A DNA stretch of 63,494 nucleotides from positions 1-63,494 of the IMG/VR virus record IMGVR_UViG_3300018422_000004; one strand, given 5' to 3'. Made by a program: the position numbers and the translations under genes. Positions 55,362 to 63,494 of this stretch are shown here, one piece after another (within the stretch, counting starts at the first letter, position 1; every line of letters begins with the position of its first letter). The notes under the pieces are model-generated. The model was not told the DNA's origin, did no database searches, and worked only from the letters and a program-made list of their open reading frames with translations. The stretch is from a virus. Taxonomy: Duplodnaviria > Caudoviricetes.

Positions 55362-56882
55362 TTAGGGTTCGCCGCACAGTCCGTCGCCGTCGCGGTCGAT
55401 TTCACCGGGACCGCAGGGATGGCCCTCGGCTGGTGGTTTGCGGGGTGACCCACCTGGGGACGACCCGCTGGATCCGGCACCGGTTTGCCCACTGGAATCA
55501 CTGGCGCTACCGGAGCCGCCGCTGGGATCGGGTTCACCGGTCATTCCCGGGCTCAGCAACTGGACGCTGAACAGTCCGGTGTGCTGACCGACGAGACGCT
55601 TCAAATCATTCGTGCGTAGGTAGTCCACCGCGGCATCGGGTTTCCACCCGGCCATGGTGAGTGTGTTCAAAGCGCTCGCGTTTAACTGCCGGATCTCGGC
55701 GTCATCTTTGGCGTCTTCACGCAAAAACGGGATCTCGCGTGCGTCGTACCACAGTGAGGTGTTCGAACTCGGTGGTTTGACCAGCACTTGCAGGCTGGCT
55801 GACACTTTCGACCACAAGTCACGACACGTGGTGTCGACAAACAGCCGGCGTGCGGCGGCGAAGTTCCCGGCGTTCAGCGAACTACCGGCCAGGCCCTCGG
55901 AGTTGCCGAGGATGACCGATGGGACCCCCGCAGCGACAGTGATCCGGACTTCCCCTGCTCCTTGGACTGCTTTGAAGTCGAGTTGGTGAAGGTCGTAACC
56001 GAGTGGGGTCACATCGACCCCATCAGTCAAATACAGGGTGCGGAATGCGTTGGCGGCACCGGCGTGGCGGTCTTCCATCATGTCCACGATCGCCTTGAAC
56101 TGCTCTGGTGTCGCAGCTTTAATTCCCTTGATCGCCATCGACGGGGTGGCGGCGTTTTTGAAAAACGCCAGTTTGTGTGCGGTGGCGGCGGTGTCGGACT
56201 CGATTTCCCGCAGGATCGGGGTCAGCCACGACATGCCCCGGAAACGGGCCATCGGATCGGGAAGCGGCGAGTAGTGACAGACTTCTTCGGGGAGTAGCAC
56301 CAGTGGGTTGCTGCCGCCACCACCAACACCTTGCGACCGGTACAAGTAGGCGACGACCCGGGCATCGACCTGGTATGGGTCACGTGATGGTGCGTCGATG
56401 ACCAGGGTTGTCCAGTCGGGTCGCATTTTCGTGATCCGACGGCCGGGTTTACCGATGGAAGCGTTACCGATCCGGCCACGCTCATCGGTGGTCGTCAAGA
56501 AGGCATTACCCGCCAGTGAGGCACACACTTCCATGTACGCGAGTAGCTCACCTGTGGTGCCGTTAGGCCACGGATTCTCTAGTAGTCCCAGTTCCTTGTT
56601 CCCGAACAGGTCCCCGGGGTGACCTTTAACGAATTCCCGCCATTGGAACCGGGCTTGGGAGAACACTTGCTGGCGGCGGTTAATGCACCCGAAGATCACG
56701 CCGTCGCGTTTGTACGCGAGTTCAACGTAGGACTCGAAGTCGTTTTCGATGCGTTCCTCGGTGGGGGTTGATGCCATTCCCCACGGGTAACGCGACGATG
56801 CGAGCGACCAGAATGGTTCCTCGGTGAAGTTCTTACGGCCGGTTGGGGAGCGGGCGGCGGTGATGCGCTCCAGTAGGCCCAT
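55362..56882 (-). CDS. portal protein
   Basis: LL..P.P..T...GNAF...RPD...H.....G.S....FFKN.A.P...A.GVP..LG. Confidence 0.9.
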   Translation of the reverse strand: MGLLERITAARSPTGRKNFTEEPFWSLASSRYPWGMASTPTEERIENDFESYVELAYKRDGVIFGCINRRQQVFSQARFQWREFVKGHPGDLFGNKELGLLENPWPNGTTGELLAYMEVCASLAGNAFLTTTDERGRIGNASIGKPGRRITKMRPDWTTLVIDAPSRDPYQVDARVVAYLYRSQGVGGGGSNPLVLLPEEVCHYSPLPDPMARFRGMSWLTPILREIESDTAATAHKLAFFKNAATPSMAIKGIKAATPEQFKAIVDMMEDRHAGAANAFRTLYLTDGVDVTPLGYDLHQLDFKAVQGAGEVRITVAAGVPSVILGNSEGLAGSSLNAGNFAAARRLFVDTTCRDLWSKVSASLQVLVKPPSSNTSLWYDAREIPFLREDAKDDAEIRQLNASALNTLTMAGWKPDAAVDYLRTNDLKRLVGQHTGLFSVQLLSPGMTGEPDPSGGSGSASDSSGQTGAGSSGSSPGGSPRKPPAEGHPCGPGEIDRDGDGLCGEP

Positions 56883-57106
56883 CAGTCGTCACCGGAGCCG
56901 CGGCGGCCGTCTTGCCAGCCGACTTTCACTGCGGTCACTGACCACGCCAGGACGAGCCAGATCGCGCTGAACACCTTCGCTACGACCCAGCCAAGGCTGA
57001 AAAGGATCGCGGCGAGGATGGTGAGGATGGTGTGGCCGAAACGGACCTGTTTGGCTTGGGTGGTGATCCGGTCCACCGGCACACGGTTGGCCAGCACGGC
57101 GGTCAT
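56882..57106 (-). CDS. small membrane protein between TerL and portal
   Basis: hydrophobic; stop abuts the portal ATG. Confidence 0.6.
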   Translation of the reverse strand: MTAVLANRVPVDRITTQAKQVRFGHTILTILAAILFSLGWVVAKVFSAIWLVLAWSVTAVKVGWQDGRRGSGDD

Positions 57107-57139
57107 CGGATCTCCCTGCGGTTAGTTACGCTAATGTTC

Positions 57140-57355
57140 ATGGAGCCCCGATCACCAGACGCACCACTCGACCCGTTATCTCCAGCGGCGCACGAGAGCT
57201 GGGGCCGGCTGTTACGGGTCATGGAGCAGCTTGCGGTAGACGCCCAGGAAGTGAGTTGGGCGCTCACGAATCTCGGTGCTGAAGTTGCGCGACTCGCCGT
57301 TACTGTCAGGGCAATGCGCGAACAGCCCAATACCGTTGATGGTGGTCTTAGCTGA
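57140..57355 (+). CDS. antisense insert, probably leaderless
   Basis: TACGCT 7 nt before ATG 57140. Confidence 0.45.
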   Translation: MEPRSPDAPLDPLSPAAHESWGRLLRVMEQLAVDAQEVSWALTNLGAEVARLAVTVRAMREQPNTVDGGLS

Positions 57356-58867
57356 TCAACGCCATGCGAAAAACACGGGTTGCTCGTCTTCGACGGGTTT
57401 GCCGCAGCCGTGCAGGGCGAGCGTGACCGCGACCAGTGGTGAAATGTTCACGCTGGAGTCTTTGCGGTGCCACGCCCACGCGTCACCGAGGTCCCGTTTC
57501 CGTGCGCCGGCTAGCGCAGTGGCTAGCTGTAACTGACCCAAATGCCGCATACCACCGGATTCGACGACTAAATCGTAGAACGCGCCGCATGCTTGGGCCA
57601 TTTCCCGGCCGGACACCAGGACCGGTTCGATCCCGGCCTCTTGCAAACCGGGAATTAACGATCCGACCGCTGAGGACGGGTCCAGGACGATCGCTCGTGG
57701 TGCCCAGGTGGCGTGCAGCTCGATCAAACGCTGCAATAGCCAGCCGGTACCAGGGCGGTCCGCGATGACCTCGGCGTGCAGCAGGCCGTCAGCGCGCAAA
57801 CCAGCGGCGGCGATCGCACCAGCGGAACGTTCCGGTGTCGCATCGACCGCGAACACCACTGAACCCTCAACCTGGGATTCAGGGTCCATCAGGGCGTTCC
57901 ACCGGTTTTGGTCGATCACAGCGGTGCCACCCGGTGTCAAATCTGGCCAATCACCGATACCTAACCGTTCGACCATGAACGATTTCGCGGGCATCGAGCG
58001 GTGCTCCCGACCGACGTGCTCGGCGGAGATCCGGATACCCAGTCCCGGGTTCGCTGCGGCCCACTGCTGCGGATCCGCGGCCGTGGCAACTGGGTCGGCT
58101 TTGTAGGCGTCCTCATCAGCGGACCACTCGAAGTACGCCAGCGACGGATCGTCACCTTTCAAACCCCGCAAGCGGATCGAAGTCAACACTTCACCGTGGG
58201 GGTGTTCCTCCTGGTTCACCGCCGAGCTGGCGTACCACAACTGTGGGTTCGGTCGCGCCGACATGGTAGGCATCAACGCGGAGATCACCTGAGTAGGCAG
58301 GTTGAACGCCTCATCCAGGATCACCACATCACCACTGAAACCACGACCCGAACCCGACGTGCGGGCCACGAACCGCAACCGGGGTGCCTTACCCACCGAC
58401 ACGTGCCGACCCGACGGGCCCGTCACCGTTGTCTTCGACGGGAGCAGCTCAACGCCCTCATCACCATGCGACGTCCGGATCCGCTTCACTCGTTTACGGA
58501 ACTCGTCAGCGTTATCAATCAACCAACGAATACGCAGGAAAGCCTCTTGGGAAGTCTTGAATTCGTGCGCGGAATGCAGGATCAACTCTTCGCCGAATAG
58601 GAAGAGGCCTGCGAGTTCGCGAGCCTCAAGAATGGAACCTTTTCCCGACTGCCTTGAAACCACCATCGCCGTTTCGAACGACGACCATTGGCCCCCACTC
58701 CGTTCACTGAGGGCACCATCGAGAACGAACGCCTGCCACGGGTCCAACACCAAGCCAGCACGAGCAGCGAGGTCAACAGCTTCAGGACCCGCCGTACTCA
58801 CCCGAGGTGGGACACTCACAAACCGGGGTCGTTGCGCACCGAGCACCGCTGTGGTCAACTCTTCCAC
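57356..58867 (-). CDS. terL: terminase large subunit
   Basis: LDPWQ; VSRQSGKG; GRGFSGD.VILDEA; ANPGLG; AVD RNase H-like domain. Confidence 0.93.
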   Translation of the reverse strand: MEELTTAVLGAQRPRFVSVPPRVSTAGPEAVDLAARAGLVLDPWQAFVLDGALSERSGGQWSSFETAMVVSRQSGKGSILEARELAGLFLFGEELILHSAHEFKTSQEAFLRIRWLIDNADEFRKRVKRIRTSHGDEGVELLPSKTTVTGPSGRHVSVGKAPRLRFVARTSGSGRGFSGDVVILDEAFNLPTQVISALMPTMSARPNPQLWYASSAVNQEEHPHGEVLTSIRLRGLKGDDPSLAYFEWSADEDAYKADPVATAADPQQWAAANPGLGIRISAEHVGREHRSMPAKSFMVERLGIGDWPDLTPGGTAVIDQNRWNALMDPESQVEGSVVFAVDATPERSAGAIAAAGLRADGLLHAEVIADRPGTGWLLQRLIELHATWAPRAIVLDPSSAVGSLIPGLQEAGIEPVLVSGREMAQACGAFYDLVVESGGMRHLGQLQLATALAGARKRDLGDAWAWHRKDSSVNISPLVAVTLALHGCGKPVEDEQPVFFAWR

Positions 58868-58883
58868 TCCCTATGATCCAGGC

Positions 58884-59666
58884 ATGGACGAGGACGAGCC
58901 ACGAGACCTGACGTTCTATTGCGCGAACGGTTGCGGACGGATCGCCACAACCAACATGCCGCCCCGGATCGGGCCGGACGGTTTCGGTGGTGCCCTCGTG
59001 ACAGCCAAACTGGTTTGCGCCGAATGCCGCGCACGCGAGGAGGCACCGTGCCGCCGGTGATCGAGCGGTGGCGTTGCCTGGTACTCAACTTCCAAACCTG
59101 GTGCCGCAAACACGGTGTGCCCTACGTGCACGGGTGCGTGTGGGACCGCGAGTGCCGGTCGTTCCAAGCGCCGTTGCGGGTGGCGTTGATGCTCGGTCGC
59201 ACGATGCTGTGGGTGGACCTACCGGGCTACTACCGCGACCTGTGCGATGACCACCGAACGTGGCACGGGTTGTCGTTTGGCCGCTACAGGCGAGGTCGTT
59301 ATGACGATGAAAAATGAGCAGAAGATGATGGTGTCTGACCAGGACTGGCAGCGCGCCGCCAGGTGCCGCTGCAACCGCCACGACAAAACGCTGATGCCCC
59401 GATACGCCGAGGTGGGTCCCATCCGGTGGGTCCACTCGGGCCACAGCTGCCCGGACCGGTGCGAGTCGTGTGGGACAACGATCGCCGTGGTCGCCGATCC
59501 CCACGGCCGCCCGCGGTGGATGGAAGTCTCTATCTTCCTAGCCGTCGACCCAAGGCCTGATTTCACAACGGATCAGACCGTGGTGGTGGGTGCCACCGAA
59601 CTGTCCAGCGATGAGCACACCCCCGCGCGGTGCAGGTCGGTAGCGGCAACCCTGCAAGGCGGGTGA
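58884..59666 (+). CDS. three small Cys-rich antisense genes between TerS and TerL (58884-59060, 59057-59317, ~59300-59666)
   Basis: TATGAT 6 nt before ATG 58884; overlapping stop/starts. Confidence 0.5.
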
Positions 59667-59672
59667 CTCGTA

Positions 59673-59948
59673 CTAACTGCCTGTCGCCGACGCAGCACGC
59701 CGAGCAGCACGAGCAGCAGCGAGGTCATCAACACCATCACCAGCCGACCGGTCCTGACCAGCGCTGCGCAAGCGGTCCATCACCGTCGCCAGCTCCTTCG
59801 CGACCGGCGCGACGCTGATCTCACCACCACGGTCCAACTTGGAGGCCAACGCCAACGCGATGGCTGCGTCCGTGGAGTTCACCACACCCTCAGGCAGCCC
59901 TTCCAGGTCACGCAGGACGGCCGCGGACACAGTCAGTACGTCGGTCAC
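59673..59948 (-). CDS. terminase small subunit
   Basis: A.ALA..LD.....VAKEL...M..L.....VDDLAAARAAR pattern; upstream of TerL. Confidence 0.7.
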   Translation of the reverse strand: MTDVLTVSAAVLRDLEGLPEGVVNSTDAAIALALASKLDRGGEISVAPVAKELATVMDRLRSAGQDRSAGDGVDDLAAARAARRAASATGS

Positions 59949-60265
59949 AGCGGCACCACCGAGACACTAGACGGCGATTCACTGACCATCAGCAGCTCGT
60001 AAACGTGCCACACGTACGTGCCACCGTGAGTGATGACCGTCCCCACGAACCGGCCGCAGTCATCCGGCATCTGGTTACCGGTACCAACGATCCGGAAGTG
60101 CCGTGGCGCTAGTAGTTCGTCGGTGTCGACCTCAGCCCAAATCTCGATGCGTGACACCGGCCGAGTACGAGCCCACGACGGTGCCGGGAGGACACGGGCA
60201 GTGACCGGCATATTAATAACGGGACGGTCAGTGATCGGCAACTCGTAACGGTGAATAGTTCTCAT
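59945..60265 (-). CDS. conserved phage protein (DUF7352-like)
   Basis: IHRY.L...MP..A.VL...IWAEVD...F.IVGTG...GTV...VWHVYE. Confidence 0.65.
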   Translation of the reverse strand: MRTIHRYELPITDRPVINMPVTARVLPAPSWARTRPVSRIEIWAEVDTDELLAPRHFRIVGTGNQMPDDCGRFVGTVITHGGTYVWHVYELLMVSESPSSVSVVPL

Positions 60266-60549
60266 GATACCACCGGGAAATCCGACGGTGGCGATTCCAA
60301 CTGAACCACCCGAACCGACGTACTAGCGCACCGACCACACGGCGCCACGTACCTATTACCGTTCTCATTAACGTCAAAAGCTAAATACCTGATCAGGCGC
60401 GCGTCGCTGTCGACTTCGATGAAGCCAGGAGGGACCACCGCAACAGTATCCGGGTCAATTGAATGCTGGCGTAGCCATTCACACCAAGCCAGTCGCTCAT
60501 TCTCCGCAACAGGTCTATTCCATTCCACTCGCGTCACCATCGGAACCAC
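60262..60549 (-). CDS. hypothetical protein
   Basis: WCEWL..H.IDP; ATGA coupling. Confidence 0.5.
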   Translation of the reverse strand: MVPMVTRVEWNRPVAENERLAWCEWLRQHSIDPDTVAVVPPGFIEVDSDARLIRYLAFDVNENGNRYVAPCGRCASTSVRVVQLESPPSDFPVVS

Positions 60550-60701
60550 CCCGCTTCACGATGCTGTAACCAGCGCGGTCAAGGACAGTGAGCAAATGCC
60601 ACGCCAAATCAGCGCTAATACCATGAGTGATACTACCCAGAATGATCCCCTCAGTAAGCGCGGACACAACATCCTCTTGATCACCAGGCGAAGTCATCGA
60701 C

Positions 60702-61007
60702 TCACCACTGCCTACTCGTGCCCAAACCCTCGTAATCAGCCAGCTTTCGCTTATGGCGATACAAACGGTTACGCAACAACGTACCCTCACGACGATTACA
60801 ACTCGCGTGCGTCAAACGACGCGGGCCATCACCACCAAAAACACACGGCACACTATGATCAAGATCCAGTTTCTGCTCAGGATGAAACATCGGCAACCCA
60901 CACAACACACACAGCGAACCCTGCACAAAAACCGACAACGCCTTCCTGCGCGCAAGCTGATGGTGATAATCATAACCACGCTGCTCACGCGACCCAGGAC
61001 GCGGCAT
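60702..61007 (-). CDS. HNH endonuclease (packaging-associated)
   Basis: RGY..HQ..R...CVLCG...DLDH...H..CNR. Confidence 0.8.
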   Translation of the reverse strand: MPRPGSREQRGYDYHHQLARRKALSVFVQGSLCVLCGLPMFHPEQKLDLDHSVPCVFGGDGPRRLTHASCNRREGTLLRNRLYRHKRKLADYEGLGTSRQW

Positions 61008-61050
61008 ACGTTTTTACACCCCCGCCCAACAGGTACTAAGCTCGCGCGCC

Positions 61051-61864
61051 ATGTCAGTCTATTGTTCATTCGGGATCTTCGCCGACGACAATGAAGGCGG
61101 CGAATACCCAGCCCCCCTCATCTACCGCCAATCACACGTCCTACCCAAACCCGACGACCCACGCGGCGGCTCCCTGGAACTCGCCTCCATCCCCGCGTTC
61201 ATCACCCGCACCGACTACGACGAAACCAAAGAAGACGGCACCGGTTGCTGGCCCTACCTACGGGTATCCATGTGGACCGCCACCCCAGACGAAGACACCG
61301 TGGTACTCGACCAAGCGCAAGTCACAGCGCTGCGGGACGAGCTGAACGGGTGGCTACAACGCATCGACCCCGACCTCAGCTAAAGACACCCCGCCGTGGA
61401 AGCGGTAGGTTCCACCTCCATGAACATCGTGCACGTTCGGTGGTGGGATGGGTACCTCGAAGCCTTCACCGCAGTAGAAGTTCGCTTCGGCTGCGACCTG
61501 CTGTGGCTAAGACTCGACAACGGCACGAACCGTCACATACCGCTACGAGGCGTGCGGTGGTGGAGCCTGTCGATCGAAAGTCACGCGGACACCACGCCAC
61601 AACAGACCACGTGAGCGCAGCTCCATGTCCAACCCTGACGTCGCCGCGTGGCTGCAAACCGACCCACACACCGCCATCAGCGCAGCCGCCGACACAGCGA
61701 CACGCGTCATCCCCGGCCACCTCGGCACCTGTGTGGCCGCCGTACTCGAAGACCACACCACAGACCAGCACCCCGACCCGAACATCCACGAACTCGCCTA
61801 CACACTGCTACGACACTGGGGTCGCCCCCAAAGCTGGGAAACCCCGCACACCACACAGCCATAG
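61051..61864 (+). CDS. three small antisense genes (61051-61383, 61420-61614, 61625-61864)
   Basis: TAAGCT and TAGGTT 8 nt before the first two ATGs. Confidence 0.5.
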
Positions 61865-62201
61865 GGATCTCAGTAACCAGCAAAGCAAGAACACCACCCG
61901 CGCAGCAGCACAACCAGCGCACTCCTCGACGGTCGCCACACCCCCATGACCAACATGCAACTCATGAGCCCAACCGCAACGCGGACAAGACCGCCACCCA
62001 TCCAGGCCCATGAACTCGTCACACACCTCACCAGGCCGCCAACACAAGCACCGCCAGTTTGAACACCCCGGCACGTAACCATCAGGGAGCTTCGGCACCT
62101 CAAGGACCACAGGCAAGCGCGCCAGGACACTAGTTTCAAGATCAGACTCATCCACGACCCAGCATCGTAGCGCCAGCGGCACGCTACGTTACGGTGCCTC
62201 G

Positions 62202-62408
62202 ATGATCGTCATCGAGCAGACAGGCCCAGCTGTCCAAGCAGCGCTCCTCACGTACACGTCCACTGAGGAATGCGCCCAATTCGAAGCGCAGCTACGAGCC
62301 GCCCTGGCGACAGCCGCCGAAAGCTTCGACCTCTCAGCCGCCGAACAGGTACTGGCGCACTGGCACGCGATAGCCACGATGGCAGCGAACCCTCCCACCG
62401 ACGAGTAA
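62202..62408 (+). CDS. small helical protein (DUF6247-like), probably leaderless
   Basis: F..QLR.AL..A.ESFDL.....VL.HW; TACGGT 6 nt before ATG. Confidence 0.55.
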   Translation: MIVIEQTGPAVQAALLTYTSTEECAQFEAQLRAALATAAESFDLSAAEQVLAHWHAIATMAANPPTDE

Positions 62409-62703
62409 CCGGCCGATGTCGCCTGATCACGCGCCGATACCAAGGTCATCACCCGCCGATCACAACCCATTACAGGCCGCTGTCACCACTACAGACCGAT
62501 GTCGAGTGATCGCTACCTGTTAAGCTGAGCGTGCGCAGGTCGGAAGGCACCGGTAAGTGCGCGTGTGACTCAAAGATTCCAGACAAAACGCCTCGGCGCT
62601 GGTGTGAGAGTCAACAGCCTATAGAGCACGCGCTACCTGCATAATCGTGCTCCACTACACGCCGATGTCGACCCACTACACGCCGATGCCAGCGCCTAGT
62701 CCC

Positions 62704-63168
62704 TCACCACCTGCGCGACGTCGCGCACTCCACCTCATCAACACGAGGCGTGCTGTACCGCTGATACATCGCACCCAAACCCCGGTCATACCACTCCGCC
62801 ACCGCCACCTGCAACTGCCACGGACGCTCCGCCTTACACCGCGCCATCACCACATCACGCCCCGGATCGACCACCACAATCTGCGCCCCAAGCCCCTGGT
62901 AACGGCGCATCGCGTCGATGCCAGGCTTGGAATGGATCACGTACACGTCAACCTGGTCGGCGTAACCCACCGCAGCGTCAATCGCCGCCCGCCTGACCTT
63001 CTTCACCACCGCAGTGAGCTGCGACGGGTGGTTATGCCCATGCGCTCCAGTGCCGGTGAGAGCCACAGCGAGCCGGTCATAGTCAATGACGATGTCGTAC
63101 GTGGTCGCGCGCTGGAGCACCCAGGTGGACTTACCCGCAGTAGGCGGACCCAGGACCACGTACAGCAC
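62704..63168 (-). CDS. P-loop (AAA_33-like) protein upstream of the packaging genes
   Basis: VV.GPPTAGKSTWV...VID.D.LA.AL. Confidence 0.75.
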   Translation of the reverse strand: MLYVVLGPPTAGKSTWVLQRATTYDIVIDYDRLAVALTGTGAHGHNHPSQLTAVVKKVRRAAIDAAVGYADQVDVYVIHSKPGIDAMRRYQGLGAQIVVVDPGRDVVMARCKAERPWQLQVAVAEWYDRGLGAMYQRYSTPRVDEVECATSRRW

Positions 63169-63494
63169 GACCTCACCACCTTGCGTGAACGCGAACCCCG
63201 TGACCCCCTCTGGGAGAATCAGTAAATGGCATGGTGGCGGTGGCGCCGGTGGTGGTGGTTGCTGTGGAGGTGGGCAACCGACCGCCGCTGCGAGCAGTGC
63301 GGAGTGCTGTGCCACGTGGTGAACCCAGCAGGCAAAGTCATCACCACGTCGTCAGGGCCACGGTCCGCGTGCCCACGGTGCCGCCACTACTTCTGTGTGG
63401 CATGCATCGACAACCACAGGCATTGCCGACGCCCAGCCTTTAGGTGAACAGCAGGTGAACTCCAATTAAACAATTGGAGAGAGATATTGCTTAC

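Noticed and set aside
55304-55537. N-terminal extension of the protease ORF to 55537
   Set aside because: It overlaps the portal C-terminus by ~175 nt with Pro-rich junk; ATG 55303 is the more plausible start.

Overview
High-GC siphovirus-type temperate actinobacteriophage segment; the host-like genes suggest a filamentous actinomycete such as Pseudonocardiaceae (inference). Left to right: leftward early/recombination genes (YqaJ exonuclease, two ParB-fold genes, excisionase), a divergent HTH repressor, and a tyrosine integrase with a probable intact attP. A ~17 kb accessory region follows with four tRNAs (Arg-ACG, Lys-UUU, Pro-UGG, an atypical Met-CAU), a secreted Rpf-type transglycosylase, Lsr2, XRE-DUF5753 with three DUF397 genes and several small Zn-finger paralogs. 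The minus-strand late operon runs HNH, TerS/TerL, portal, protease, HK97 capsid, a 1772-aa repeat protein, tail, tape measure, a second tail-tube paralog and lysis. The most striking unexplained signal is a ~330-400 nt minus-strand ncRNA (16188-16516) with a candidate promoter, built from two tandem long-stem modules. Each module is capped by a circularly permuted tRNA-like domain (Y-RNA/YrlA-like architecture, one with UCCA in the acceptor loop). There is no Ro60 gene in the window, but a conserved ~250-aa helical protein gene (14248-15000) is transcribed towards the RNA: a candidate undescribed ribonucleoprotein system. All family calls are by-eye recognition; no searches were run.
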